From Eledone cirrhosa (taxonomy: Eukaryota), in the NCBI GenBank assembly GCA_964016885.1, contig OZ024755.1:21266001-21330000 (forward strand): DNA of 64,000 nt, read 5' to 3'. The translations under genes and the position numbers were made by a program. Numbering within the stretch: position 1 is the stretch's first letter; each line of letters starts with the position of its first letter. The notes below the pieces were generated by a model, which saw only the letters and a program-made list of their open reading frames with translations, was not told the origin of the DNA and searched no databases. Shown piece by piece: positions 1 to 14,008 of the stretch.

Positions 1-377
1 AGCAATTTACACTTTTATTTTGTATTTTATAATATGAGGGTCAGCTGAAAAGTTCATAGGCTGACCAAGATAATCTCGTGAAATGACTGAATGAGGTTTA
101 TTTTTCAACAGTTGTTATTTATTTTCTTATAATAACATAGTAACAATGTTTCAATAAAATTGTCTTCTATTGATATGCAAATTTCTAATGTTTCATTTAG
201 TAACCTCTATAATAACTTTGATATCTTCAATGTGCAATTAAAAAAATATATATTTATAATTTTCAGGTTGTTCGAAATTTTCAAGACCAGTCAAGATTTC
301 TTATATCTGCTATTAAAGGTAAGACGATTTTTGTTTCTATATCTTTCTAGTTTATTTTCTGATATCAATCAAATGTG

Positions 378-560
378 AAGGCATATGGCTTAGTTGTTAG
401 TGTGTTCATCTCATAATCATGAGGTTGTGAGTTTGATTCTTGGTGGTACATAATGTCATTGAGCAAGACACTGTATTTAACGTCCACTCCAGCCAACTGG
501 GGTGGAGTGGTGAGTGGCCAGAGAGTGATGAGGCTGAATGAATGAAGTCCACTCAGCTGG
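378..560 (+). mobile_element. Degraded tRNA-derived CORE-type SINE
   Basis: A/B-box-like head (TGGCTTAGTTG...GTGAGTTTGATTC) followed by TTGAGCAAGACACT core, homologous to the 15120 copy. Confidence 0.6.
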
Positions 561-663
561 ATTGCTTAATGGAAAAAATATCGTTGTTGTTGAATACTTG
601 CAGAAAGGTTTCAATTAGGATTTATTCAGTATTCATTATATTGCAGGAATAGGTGATGCTTAA

Positions 664-870
664 CACTAGCATTTACACCGGCCATATCCAGCTAGTCTTC
701 TTTCACCTTTTTCTGTTCAAATTGGCCGTAACAGGCCACTCATACTGATGTTAAGGTATTGTTCTCAAAATAAATGACATCAAAATCTCATAGATTCGAT
801 ATTATGTGAGATAAAGCCTTTACCATGAAAATACAATAGTATATGTAGAGTAATGTAAATGCTTAAGAAA
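664..870 (+). mobile_element. piggyBac-type MITE family A, degraded copy
   Basis: Internal sequence matches 54285-54500; starts after TTAA at 660-663. Confidence 0.6.
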
Positions 871-1444
871 AGTTTGATTTGGGTACGAGTTGTTGTACCT
901 ATTCAAAGGGGCAGTTTTGTCACACACTGTCATAATGAATCTCCCTGAGAATTATGATAAGGGTTAGGAATACCCAGCCACATGTATGTTAATTTCATGA
1001 CCAGACTGTTCTATTGTTTTGAACAACTGGAAAACTGATTGTTGAAACTGATACAGGTCTAACATTCAATTATATAACAGTAATATTCTGCAATCCATAG
1101 TGTTGTTGGGTCTCTCCCTCTCTAATTCTGTCCTCTTTGTTCTACTCAGACGCTCTTACTCTCTCTCTCTCTCTCTCTCTGTCTTCCTTGTTTTGCTTTG
1201 AGTCTCTCTCCCTTATTCTTTCTCACTGTGTCTGTTTCTTTCTCTCTCAGCCATGGTTAATACAATGTAAATATATATTCTTAGGTTTAATCGAGACATA
1301 TAATATATATATTGATCATGTTTCTTAATAAACATATTTATTATATATCATTTAAACTTGTATAAATCTTTATCTATAGTCAAGTTTTTCTCAATTCTCT
1401 CCCATATACACATACACCTGTCTGACTTCCACTATTATCACATT

Positions 1445-1572
1445 TATGGTCTGAGTTCAAATCCTGTCGAGGTTAACTTTAATTTTAATCCTTAGGGGAT
1501 CGATAAAATAAAGTACCAGTAATGTACTGGGTAATTGCTGGCCTTGTGCCAAAAGTAGCAACAATTATTATC
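1445..1572 (+). mobile_element. tRNA-derived SINE family 2, partial
   Basis: CTGAGTTCAAATCC...GGTTAACTTT...GATAAAATAAAGTACCAG...GGCCTTGTGCC, shared with many copies in the window. Confidence 0.7.
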
Positions 1573-1647
1573 ACATACAGACCTGTCTGTATTTCTCTAT
1601 TACCTCGTTTATTGTATTTTATCTCTCTCACTCTCACTATATATATA

Positions 1648-2140
1648 CTAGCTGACATATCCAGCTTCACCTAGGTAAACAGATGATAAGAGAAGACAGG
1701 TAAAAGAGAAAATGACAGTATTGGATGTTTGTCTGACAAAAAAATAAAACAGTAAAACATCTTCCAGATACACCAGATTCTTCGCTTTACCGTTTGTGCA
1801 TAGTATATGAATGTGCCTACGTGTTCCCAACCGTCATATAACTGTCCATGGGTAAAAAGCGATTATCTTGTATTCAGTTTTACAACTTTGAAACTCTGAG
1901 CCTGAGCTTTGTGTATGGTCATAACAAAACTGGCTCTAGCAGGGAACTGAAGTCTTGAGAATTTGAAATACAGCTTGGTAGAGATAAGAGGAATCTTGGG
2001 AATAAGTGCATTTTCTCCTTGATGATTGCCTCCAAGTATGTGACCTCTATGGGATGGTTCATCTCCCACCTGACTGTAAAGTGTGTCATTACATAGATAG
2101 GGTTTGTCCACATTTCTCAAAGGGATGATGGAAGTTCCAA
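1648..2140 (-). mobile_element. Helitron 3' remnant (PIF1-type helicase C-terminus plus terminal CTAG)
   Basis: Translates to IPKIPLIS...RLQFPARASFVMTIHKAQAQS...FTHGQLY...NGKAKNLVY (Rep/Hel helicase motifs with stops); ends in CTAG|T at 1648 after a decayed hairpin. Confidence 0.85.
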
Positions 2141-2494
2141 TCTTTTATATTATATGTAGACAGATATAGATAATTATATATAAATGCGTGCGTGTGTGTG
2201 TGTCTAAACCAGCGTTCAAATTGGAGACGCTGATCGCGAAACACTCATCACTAACAACGAACGCACAGACAATCCCTTATGGTTGATTCCCAACCTGCTA
2301 GAAATAGCAGTCAGGCTGGTTAGCATACCCGGGATGATTTTTTTACTTTGATTTTATAAAATTAGTATCAATAAACCTTCCTGGGTATACCGTTATTCCA
2401 TTGTTGTATTTGCTTTTCAATTGTCACTTTTCGTTTTTGTGTGATCTGCAAAGAAACCAATGAACAAACATCTCTCTTTTATATTATGTATAGT

Positions 2495-2995
2495 TATCTG
2501 TCTCTCACCTCTTGCAGTATTTGCTTACAACAATAATGATATTTATTCTTTCTCACTATTTCTCTATCTCTCTCACTCTATTTCTCCCTCTCTCTCTCTA
2601 TCTGTCTCTCATCTCCTATAGTATTTGCTTACAACAATAATGATATTTATTCTCTCTCTCTCTCTTTCTCTCTCTCTATATATATATATATACATACATA
2701 CATACATACATATATACCTGTCTCTCATCTCCTATAGTATTTGCTTACAACAATAATGATATTTATTCTCTCTCTCTCTCTCTTTCTCTCTATATATATA
2801 TACATACATACATATATACCTGTCTCTTATCTCCTACAGTATTTGCTTACAACAATAACAATATTTATTCTCTCTTTCGCTTCCTCTTTCGCTTCCTCTT
2901 CCTCTTCCTCTTTCTCTCCATACATATATATACATATATATATATCTGTCTCTCATCTCTTGCAGTATTTGCTGACAACAATAATGATATTTACA
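2495..2995. repeat. Degenerate tandem repeat, 5 copies of a conserved block spaced by CT/TA microsatellite
   Basis: CTGTCTCTCATCTC...AGTATTTGCTTACAACAATAATGATATTTA recurs five times. Confidence 0.85.
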
Positions 2996-3254
2996 AGATT
3001 TTGCTGAAGGATCTTGGATAATCAAATGAAACACAACTTATAATGTTTCACGTTTAATAATCACTTTGCAACAAAAACCAAGCAATAATGTGGTCAACCT
3101 ATGTTTTTTTTCCTCTTTCATTTGTTGCTCCTATTTTTTTCTCCCACCTTTCTTTAATTTTTTTTTTCATCTTTCTCTCTGCTTCATATTTTTTTTATTT
3201 TTATTTTTTATTCTTCCAGCCTTCTTTTACATTAGTTCTCCCCCCTTTCCCACC

Positions 3255-3314
<60 letters not shown>

Positions 3315-3439
3315 CACACTGCTTGGATAAATGCCAGCTGTTGCTGTCTTTTTTTAACAAATGTTGCATAACACTATTGGAAACAAAAAAGGATAGAATG
3401 GGATAAAGATAGAAGACATATTTTTCCACCCCCTTTCCT

Positions 3440-3800
3440 ACTCTCTCTCTCTTTCTCTCTCTCTCCTATTCTATCTCACCTTCTCTCACTTCTCTTCTAT
3501 CTCACTCTCTCTCACCTTTCTTCTATCTTACTCTCTTTCGCCTCTCTTCTATCTTACTCTCTTTCGCCTCTCTTCTATCTCACTCTCTCTCGCTTCTCTT
3601 CTTTCTATATCTCTCTCTCACTGTTTCTCTTCTTTCTATATCTCTCTCTCACTGTTTCTCTTCTTTCTATCCCTCTCACTTCTCTTCTATCTCTCTCACT
3701 TCTCTTCTATCTCTCTCACTCTCTCACTTCTCTTCTATCTCTCTCACTCTCTCACTTCTCTTCTATCTCTCTCACTCTCTCTTCTCCCTTCTATCTCTTC
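3440..3800. repeat. CT-rich degenerate tandem repeat
   Basis: Recurrent CTCTCACTTCTCTTCTATCT units. Confidence 0.85.
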
Positions 3801-4392
3801 TCCCACAAAGAATTGCAAGTCATATCTCATCTGCTTTGGAATCAAAATTTGCAATGAAATTCAATTCCAATCGTGAACACCTGAAAGGAGGGCTGGAGTT
3901 ACCTTTTTATCATGTTAATGGATAAATCAGATTTAACATTGACTCTAAATTTCCCTGCCTGATTATGGAAAAAAAAAATGACCCCAAAATAATATATAAA
4001 CCCCCTGCAAAAAACAAAAAAAACACAAAACATCCCCACCCACCCCTCTCTGCAAAAACCCCCAAAAAAACAAAACAGAAGAAAAATGAAAGCGAGCATT
4101 GGTTTTTAACATGGATATATATATACATATATATAACATATATATATATATATCACTTTGCAAAACATATATTTTTTTATTTTGTTCTTGCCAGTTTATT
4201 ATTACTTTTTTCCCCCCCTCTTATTCTGTGAATGTCTTCGTAGTATGAATGAAGTATTTCACAGCTTGTAACATAAAACAAAACAACAGAACATAAAAAA
4301 GGGTGGTTATTAAGTATGCAGCATCTTACTTTTTTCAGTATATGGTAAATTGAGTTTTTAGGGCACTTTATATATAAGTATATATGTATGTG

Positions 4393-4465
<73 letters not shown>

Positions 4466-4535
4466 ATCTGTGTTTGTATATATATTTTCATATATATATA
4501 TATATATATGTATGTGTGTTTGTATATATATATAC

Positions 4536-4571
<36 letters not shown>

Positions 4572-4686
4572 ATACATATATACCTGGAAAATAATGACTT
4601 CACAAATTATGGTTTTTTAAACTATGGGATATAATCTGCCAGAATGGTGGTGCAGTTATCTTTAATGGTATTTGTATTCATATGTA

Positions 4687-4725
<39 letters not shown>

Positions 4726-5067
4726 ACAGACCCAGTCTTATTCTCTTCATATCCTATTGATATGGAGTATAATTTTTATTCGCTTATTTTCGTTTTACCA
4801 TTTTTATACTTAATGGCTTGCTATTTTTTCTTTCAATGTTGATTGCTGCTGAATCCAGAATTCATTGTATGCTAGCTGAGAAATTTGCTAAAAGGTTATT
4901 TCCAAAATTACATAAAGTATACATCACCACAGGTAGATTAGATAACTTTTCAGCTACTATTAGTACTATTTTATTTAAATTTGTATAGCAATAATAATAA
5001 TAATAATACAATGTTAATAGCAGACCTCAATTATAGAGACTACCTTTTGTAGTCAGCAACAAACATA

Positions 5068-5300
5068 GTTGATAAATTTAATATTTTATCAAAGATGGTT
5101 GATAAATTTAATATTTTATCAAAGACGGTTGATAAATTTAATATTTTATCAAAGACGGTTGATAAATTTAATATTTTATCAAAGACGGTTGATAAATTTA
5201 ATATTTTATCAAAGATGGTTGATAAATTTAATATTTTATCAAAGACGGTTGATAAATTTAATATTTTATCAAAAACAGTTGATAAATTTAATATTTGATC
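5068..5300. repeat. 30-bp tandem repeat, 7 full units plus 1 partial, internally palindromic
   Basis: GTTGATAAATTTAATATTTTATCAAAGAYG with exact 30-bp period. Confidence 0.95.
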
Positions 5301-7333
5301 AAATATATTATTTATTATATTAAATCAGCTGATTATATAATGTTGCCTTCAGTTAAACTTGTAAAATCATGAAATTGTTTTTAGGAGTGCAGTTTTAAAA
5401 CAGGCATTTTTTGTTACCCTTTCATTTCCATATTCATCCCACTTTATCTATTATGGTGAAGGTGCGTATCTTAGTGGCTACCATGTTGAACTCACGATCA
5501 TAAGGTTGTGGTGTTTGATACCTGAACTGGATGGTGCATTGTGTTCTTGAGCAAGATGCTTCATTTCACATTGTTTTTCATGATAGGATTAGGGCTCCTA
5601 CCATTAAAACATCTGAGAAATTTCCTGAGATGTAGCCTCATAAGAGGCCTGCTAAACCTTCATAGGTGTGAGCTATGAATTTGATGTTTTGGGTTTGTTT
5701 GTTTTTTTTGTTTTTTGTTTCTCTGTCATATTTACAAGGACATTAAACAAAGCATCAGTAATATATTAATGTTAAATTCACTTGATTGGCTTTTTATTTA
5801 AAAAAAAAAGTCGCCTTGGACCTAGTGGAGAGAAATTATTGGTGGTAGGTGTCATGGTGTGTTTGTAAGTTCTTAAGAGCCATTTAGAATAGGCATAAAT
5901 GCCACAGATTCCATTTTCCTTTCCTCTTTATTCAGTATCGTTATTGTGATGTCATTGCTGGCAAGCTCTCAGCAACCTGTTTACAAATTGAAATTCCTTA
6001 TTTTGTGAATGGGAGTTCTTTGAATACAATGACCATAACATGTCAATCCATCATGCCAGAAATCCTTATTGTAACCAACCGAGAAAGATATAGGGATATA
6101 TTTTCAAGGAACGCCTTTTGTTTACTATGCCAAAGCAATGTGGAAGAAAACATCACAACTTCCAATTCCTTTGTTATAATGCTACCTAATTTAAATGCCA
6201 GTACTCTGATATATATATATATTATCTCTTGGTTCTGCGGCAGTGAATTCTGTCTTGATGCAAGTATTGTATTTGAATGAGAAGGACAGTTGAAAATACT
6301 GACTTAAGATGTAATTATGATTAGCTAATAATGCAACTATTGGTTAAATCACCCTTTCTTCACTTTTTATGGTTCTACTGACATTTATCTAAGGTTTTGG
6401 AGAGATAGAGGTGGATCTGGGATTCTGGAAAGAACAAACATTGATTGATCATAATTTGAAAGGAAGCTGTCACCATAGATTCTTATATATTTTGTATGCC
6501 TCTGTGAGGTGTCCTATATAATAGGTGAAATATGTTGATGCTTATCCAAGTTTATATGACCCAGTACCTCGATTCCAATATGGCCAGAGATAGGAAGCGG
6601 TGGAAGTCAATCAGATAGAAGTTCCTTCAACAGGAGTGAGAAGGCCCTAGATTTTGGATTTTGGCAAGTTAGGGAAAGAAATCAATAATCTCTATCGCCA
6701 GATTTGATTGCCAGTCTATTGTAGATTTTGTTCTGAAGAGATATTTAAACCTAACACTTTAAACAAATGAAATATTCGTCATTTATTTAGTGCCAATGTT
6801 GCATGTGCAGGTGGTGAATTGGTATAATTGTTTGAACATGGAGCAAAATGCCTTTGTGGTACTTTTTCATCTCTCTGCATTCTGGGTGTAAATCCCACTG
6901 AAGTTAACTTTACTTTTCGTCCTTTTGGAGTTGGTAAAATAAAGTAGCAGTCGAGTCAAAGATGCTGGATTGCAGGACAGTTTTTTTTCCGACTCTTTGT
7001 ACTCTGAGTTGAAATTCCACTGTGGCTTACTTGTATGGTAAATTTAATCCATTACCCAGTTTAACATCACCACCTGGCTCTTGGATACCTTCAACGGCTT
7101 CCACTCTGTTGCAAGCATTTGGACCAGATCTCTAGTTTGAAGATATTATCTTCCATCCCTTGCTTCTCCCACTCTGTTGGTTGTTAAGACCAATGATAGG
7201 TGTTGTATAAACCAATTGGCACATTACCTAGCAGGCTAACTTTCTAATATTTCTGCCAGTTGTGGGTAAGTCTTCACCAGATGAAATTGGTGTCTCTATA
7301 ACATTGTCTAATTTTTATTACTATTACTATTTA

Positions 7334-7580
7334 GGGTGGTGGATTTTGCAGAATCAGTAGAGTGTTGGACTAAATGCCATGAGGTGTTTGTCCCAGTTAT
7401 TTACATTCTGAGTTCAAATCCCTTCGAGGCCAACTTTGCCTTTCATCCTTCAAGGGTCGATAAAATAAAGTACCAGTAATCCTTCAGAGGTTGATAAAAT
7501 AAAGTACCAGTAAAGTACTGGAATTGATTTGATTTATCCCTTTCCTCAAATTGCTGGCCTTGTGCCTAACTTCTAAAACA
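7334..7580 (+). mobile_element. tRNA-derived SINE family 2 with internal duplication
   Basis: A/B-box head and CTTTGCCTTTCATCCTT...GATAAAATAAAGTACCAG, the latter part duplicated. Confidence 0.75.
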
Positions 7581-7751
7581 TTATTACTATAATTAATAAT
7601 AATAATGGTAATGATGATTATGAAATGAAAATATCTGAATAATAAAAATAATGCCAAGTATTGAAGTAAATCTTTTTAAATGATGTTGGTTTTTAAATTT
7701 AAAATATATTTTTATGGGTTGTGAATTTCTGTTATTGATTTATTTTTTGTT

Positions 7752-7803
<52 letters not shown>

Positions 7804-8520
7804 GTTTGCATATGTATTTATCTAGTTTCTTGTGAAAAAATATTAAGGGTTAATTTAAGAATACAGCAAAATGCTATAAAGTGATTATTATTATTATTAT
7901 TTTTTTTTTTTTGTAATAATACAACTTACAAGTAAATAGGAAAGTGTTGGAGGAGGGGACTCTCTGCTCTTGACTGTACGGTATATCTCAGCTACTGTAT
8001 GGTATATCCCAGCTACTGTACTCTGCAGACAAGATGGCTTGACTGTACGGTGTATCTCCTGAGCTCAAATTTACTTTGACTGTGGAAACCCCAAGGTCTT
8101 GTTGGCAACAGTCAGTCAATGACTGGTATTTAATTTGGCAGAGGAAACCCCAAGATCTTGATGGCAAGCACCACAAAAGGTAATGTTCAGTCAATCCCTA
8201 GAATTTAATCATCTGCAAGCAAGTTTATGATTGAAAATAAAAATTGTTCTTGAGGCAAAATGATTTACTTACTGCCATTTATCTTAAAGTATTAGTTAAT
8301 TTGAATTATTCTCTAATTAACAATTTAGTGCAGTGGTTAAATTTATCTCTTCTGTGTTTTTTTTTTTTATTTATTTATTTTCTTTTTTTTTTTTTGCACA
8401 AGGCTTGTCTTGATCCATCTTGTCTTGTTCTGTGACAACCCTTCCAACCCATACCATCATGGAAAGTGGCGTAAAATGATGATGATGAATGATTATTTTG
8501 CTTACATGTTTTGTTTTTAA

Positions 8521-8752
8521 CCCTTTTGATGCCAACTCAGCCAAAACGAGCTCTGGTTCTATGAAACAAAACCACCCATTTTAAAGGGTTCCTATTTAAA
8601 TTAAAATCTTCCAACATAATTTTATATGAGAACCATATGTTAAGTTACTATCTTAGTAATGAAATAATTAATAATTTTAGTAAATCCTTCAAAAATTATC
8701 ATTAATTGATTGAAATAGAGTATATTTCATTAGAAATATAGTCATGAAAGGG
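8521..8752 (+). mobile_element. piggyBac-type MITE family B
   Basis: TTAA|CCCTTT start and AAAGGG end; homologous to 16725-17032. Confidence 0.65.
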
Positions 8753-8948
8753 CTAGAGATAAATACTTTGAAAATTTCATCATCATCATCATCATCATTA
8801 TTGTTGGTTTGGGGGAATGTGAGAGTGCTAGGCTATTTACAATTTACAGTATTTAACTTTATAATTCTTGATCCTAATAATAGTATTACACTGTTGGTCC
8901 TAATAATAATAATAATAATAATAATATTACACTGTTGATCCTAATAAT

Positions 8949-9190
8949 GATTTCTTTATTAACCACAAGGGTTTACATAAAGTAGACATTAAGGACAGTA
9001 CAGGACAATACAGGGCTGTACAAATGGGCATTTCTGCGTGTAAAAAAAAGAAACAGAGGATGTAATAATAGAACAATGAAAAAATTCCCCAATAGGGGGG
9101 AGACTTCCGAGGGACATTGGTGGAGAAAGCCCATTAAAAAGCCACAGTGACCCTGACCACCAGGGCAAGTGCCCTCTCCCAGTTTTCCAC
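8949..9190 (-). mobile_element. 5'-truncated retroposon 3' end with 17-bp target-site duplication
   Basis: CTGTTGATCCTAATAAT at 8932-8948 and 9191-9207; AATAAA near the 3' end on the minus strand. Confidence 0.7.
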
Positions 9191-9517
9191 CTGTTGATCC
9201 TAATAATAATATTTCACTATGTTTGATTTGAGTCTAAATATAATCTTGGTGGCAAATTTGCAGAAAAGTTGTGTTGAATTAAATGTTTTGCAGCATTCCT
9301 TCTGAGTTCAAATTCCACCAAGGTTAGCTTTGCCTTTCATCCTTTCAGGGTCAATAAATAAAGTACCAGTCCAGTGGCAGTGGTGGTGATAGAATTGTGT
9401 AATGTGTTGGGTGGGATACCTTGCAGTATCTATCATCTGTCCCAGCTCTGTATGTTATAAATTTAGATCCAGCCACCTTTCCACCTGAAAATCTGATATT
9501 TCTGCCAGAAGCTGCAA

Positions 9518-9552
<35 letters not shown>

Positions 9553-9589
9553 TCCATCCATTCACTCATTCATTTACTGCCATTTTACC

Positions 9590-12500
9590 TTCCTATGTCT
9601 CCCCCTCCATGCAGCCCCTTTTCGCTCTCGTTTTCTGGCACCTCCATATATATATAGGTGAACTATGCTGCTCTCTTACCAGCACTTTCACTTCCAACCA
9701 CACACACCACCCACCCACCCCTGATGCCGCTCGGTGCCCCAGTCCCCGGCTCCACGCCCCATCCCCCACCCCTCCAAATCGACATCTGCAGCACTTGCGG
9801 CACTACTAACAAACGGAAGAGGGGCCGGCACTGTTTGAGGTGCAGCTGCTTCCACCACCTCACCTGCGTTGGCTTGACTCGTCGAGCTTCTAATGCCCTC
9901 GCAGCGTGGAGGTGCAGGAGCTGCCTCTTCCTAGCCACGGCCGTCTGGCACACCACCAGATGGGACAGCGAGCTTGCCTGACGCCCGAGCCTCGCTGGTC
10001 AACATCGCTCAGCTCAGGCGGCTCCGGAAAATCCCGAGTGGCTGATGCCCTCGCTTCCTCGATTGAGAGCGCCCTGGACTCCAATCGAGCTAGTGACTGG
10101 GAGCGGCTGTTCTATTCGCCCCACTTGCCCTCGGCCTCCCCAGCTCTGGCGCTGACCAGAGCGGCCGGTCAACAGCAGCCTTCGTCAAGGCCAATGTCTC
10201 GTCATTTGGGTGAGTGCCCATTCCGAGCGTGCCCAGGAACGCCACACACTTCACCCTCAGGTACCCCCTATCCTCCAGCGCCAAGCATTTGCGTGACCAG
10301 GTAAACGCAAAGCTCATGGGTGATGTCTCGGCCGCAGTCAGAGTTGTTGCCTCAGAGGACACTGTCCAACCCACCGAGGAGATCATGGCTGCTCTGCGGC
10401 TCAAACACCCTGAGCCACCCACTGATCTCAGACCCAGACCCCCACCTGCTCCTTGTGGCTACTGATGTAGATATCATGTCCGCCATCAGGTCCTTCCCAG
10501 CTAGCAGCTGCGGAGGTGTTGATGGTCTCCAACCAGGCCACCTCAAGGAGTTGACATCCTCCCCTCTCTGCTGAGGCCGAGCGCCGCCTTCTGAGTGCAA
10601 TTGTGGCACTCACCAATAGGCTCATTCATGATGCCCTCGACCCTTACGTCCGAGGCCTCTTTTTTTCGGCCAGTCTCACCGCTCTCAGGAAGAAAGAGGG
10701 TGGCATCGCCCCATTGCTGTGGGCAATGTCTTCCGGAGGCTGGCTGCCAAGGTGATCTGCAAGTCCGTCACACACGAACTGGGTGAGGAGTTTAGTCCGG
10801 TGTAACTGGGTGTCGGCGTGTCCGGTGGCTGTGAGGGAGCCTCTCATGCAATCAGGCAGTTCTTCAGCAGCTGCCCATCAGTACCGGCATCCAGGGACTC
10901 CAGGCATCTCATTGTCAAGCTTGATATGAGGAATGCTTTTAACTCTTTACGCCGGGATCATCTGCTCGAGGCCTGCCTCAGCCGAGCCCCCTCTGCCTAC
11001 CCGCTGGCCTACCTGTCATATGGAGCCCTGAGCATGCTCCTAGCTGCTGATACGGTCATACCCTCGGCTACTGGGGTCCAACAGGGCGACCCTTTGGGAC
11101 CCCTCCTGTTCACCCTTGGTATTGACCACATCGCCCAGAGTATCACGGCCCCTCTCAAGGTTTGGTATCTGGATGATGCTACGTTGGGCGGGCCCGTACG
11201 GACGGTCTGCCAAGACCTTCAATCGGTGATTCCTGCCCTGGCGGGAATCGGCCTCCAGGTCAACTCGGCCAAGTCGGAGGTGGTGAACGTCAGCCTCCGT
11301 CTTAGACGTGCAGTCCATTTTTCCGCCAGGTTCAGGTGACCCCCAAAGAGGATGTCCTCATCCTCGGGTCACCGATCCACCTGCCGGCCATCAGGTCCAG
11401 GCTTCAACAGCTCCAGACTCTCACGAGCCGACTGGGCTTGATTGACGGCGACCCAGCTCTCTTTCTGCTGAGGAACTGCTTCGCCATGCCGAAGCTCCTC
11501 TATACAGTCCGCAGCGCTCCATGCTACACCCAGACATCTCTCTTTGCTGACCCCGATACTTGTATCCGAGCAGCAGCCGAGGGGATATGCAACGTCAAGT
11601 TTGACGACATAGGGTGGCAACAGGCCACTTTACCAGTCAGGTATGGCGGCCTAGGCCTCCGGTCCCCGATCTTACTAGCTTTGCCGGCGTATCTTTCGTT
11701 GGTAAGCAGGGTCCTTGTTAGCAGGGTTCTTCAAAACACAACAAAACCCTCTGTGTCCAGAGAACGTGAGGCTGCCTGTGAGACGTAGGACCAGCTGGGA
11801 CTTAGCCCAGTAGACGTCCCTCCTCCTCCCCCTGTTGACGTCAAGTCCCCCAACGCACTTGGGATGCCATCCAGTGCAGCCTGGCCTCAGACAGGCTCAC
11901 GCGCCAGCTCGACCAGCACCGCTTTGCTTGTTTTCATGCGGCCTCCAAACCCAACAGTCGTGCCTGGCTCCATGCTCTGCCCTCCTCCACTGGCACGCAG
12001 CTAGACAACCATAGCCTGCGAATCGGCGTTTCCCTGAGGCTCGACCTCCAGATCTGCCAGCCACACCAATGTCGCTGCGGTTCCACCATGGACTCTTTTG
12101 GCCTCCACCCGCTTTCCTGTCGCCATAGTGCCGGCCGCATTCCATGCCATACTGCCCTCAACGAGGTCATTAAGCATGGCTTGAACACTGCAGGCTTCCC
12201 TTCCCAGCTCGAGCCGGTGGGGCTGGATCGAGGGGACGGCAAAAGGCCAAATGGCATGACCATCTTCTCATTCCGCGGTGGCAAACCCCTCGTCTGGGAT
12301 GCCACTTGCACCGACACTTTCTGCAGCCGCAACCTGGTGCAGTCTGCGACTGACCCAGGTTCTGCTGCATGTCGGGCTGAGGGGTCCAAAATCCTCAAAT
12401 ACCGGTCGCTCTCCGACAGATTTGCGGTCATACCCCTGGCAGTGGAGACTTCTGGTGTCCTCGGCCCCAGGGCTACCTCCTTACTCACCACCATAGGCGC

Positions 12501-12665
12501 TGAGCTGGCCAGCCGTAGGTGTGAGCCCCGCGAGTTGGAGTGGCTTTTCCAGCGCGTCTCCGTTGCCGTCCTCCGGGTAAACGCCTTCTCCATTCTGTCC
12601 GCCGGGGCTGTGGGTGGGCCCCATCGCGTACCATTACATTAGTTAAATACCATTCTTTCATCTCA
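9590..12665 (+). mobile_element. Degenerate CRE-clade non-LTR retrotransposon (PHD finger, reverse transcriptase, CCHC knuckle, restriction-like endonuclease)
   Basis: Frameshifted ORF pieces: CSTC..CLRC..HLTC..CRSC; KLDMRNAFN; GVQQGDPLGPLLF; WYLDD; LPVRYGGLGL; CRCG..HPLSC; EP..DGKRPNG..LVWDATC. GC-rich relative to flanks. Confidence 0.9.
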
Positions 12666-12694
12666 TACATATATATACTGTCTAGTTATATAAT

Positions 12695-12872
12695 TGTTTC
12701 TACTTTTGGCACAAGGCCAGCAAATACCCAGTGCATTACTGGTACTTTATTTTATCGACCCTGTAAGGATGAAAGGCAAAGTTAACCTCGGCGGGATTTG
12801 AACTCAGACCGCAAAGGGACATAACTATGCTGGAAAGCATGGTGTCCGACCCTCTACCGATACTGCCAATTC
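12695..12872 (-). mobile_element. Near full-length SINE family 2 with 18-bp TSD
   Basis: ACTGTCTAGTTATATAAT at 12677-12694 and 12873-12890; body is the reverse complement of 55877-56060. Confidence 0.9.
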
Positions 12873-13689
12873 ACTGTCTAGTTATATAATAGCAACAGAT
12901 TGTATCAGCAATGGAAAGACCACTAGAAAAAGATTGGCCTTTTCCTTTTTTAAAAATGTGGTGAGATTTATATAGGTGTTGTTGAATTGGGTTTTGTTAG
13001 AACACGATAAAATAGACCCAGTACACTCTGTATAGTGATTGGTGATAAAAAGAGCATCCAGTCATGGAAAGCTTACCAAGCAAAGGGTCGAGAGGACTCT
13101 GGTTGTATCAAAGACATGACAACCTCTTTTGTGTTGGTGTCACAATAAAATGTATCTGGTACACTCTGAGAGGTCAGAGGCTACAGCTAAGAACTAACTT
13201 GGTCTGTGATGATCCGTCCAAACCATGCTAGCAGGGAAAATGAACATCAAATAATGGTGATGGTGTCATATTTTTTCTTTTTCTTTTTGCCAGAATCAGT
13301 TCATTATTTCAACCTTCTGTTGTTGTTTTTTAAGCCCTAGGTCAACCCTGATGAAAGGTATACCAGTTGTGACCATTGTGTATTTATGGGGGATCTTTTC
13401 CTTTTAAGATAGTATCGTAAGATTTGAGGGAGATTTGGCTGCTATTGCTAACAGATTGAGTGACCATGTATATGATATGCTGCTTTATTGGCTCATGGGT
13501 CTAGTGTCAATAAAATAAAATAAAATATGCTTCAGTAATATAGCAGTGGTTAGAGTAGTTGGGCTCACAATCTTAAGGTTGTTGGTTCAATTCTCAGACT
13601 GAGTGGAACTTCATTCCATGTGACTACAGTCAGTTTCCCAGTATCAACAACAGTGTTTTTAACCTTGCAAAGGTTGGATGGGAGTTTTC

Positions 13690-14008
13690 CCACTTGAAGC
13701 AAGAGTGGTTGTCTTGCTCGCATAGGACTGTCTGGCGGGTTTTCTACTGCCCTTCCTAACACCAACCACGTTTACAGTGTGGACTGGGAGGTTTTTACCG
13801 TGTTACCTACACGGCCACATTACAGCGTGGACTGTGTGTGTTTTTTTGTCGTGACACCTACACGACCTCATTTGTTTCGGACTGGATGTGGTACCAACAT
13901 AACTTCACATTTAAGGGGGTGGGGGTAGTGGGACGGGGGTGTATTTTGTTAGAGGTGCCTACTGACTGTAGTAGGTTTCACTTTGTACTTAGGTAAGGCG
14001 GGTCTTCT
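13690..14008 (-). mobile_element. RTE LINE 3'UTR remnant
   Basis: Matches 42570-42907, including the ORF-terminal codons. Confidence 0.8.

Noticed and set aside
33-110. Mariner-like terminus TATGAGGGTCAGCTGAAAAGT
   Set aside because: Only one end seen; no partner TIR or transposase
5900-6720. Possible decayed LINE coding sequence (CLLCQSNVEE)
   Set aside because: A single weak motif; family cannot be supported by eye
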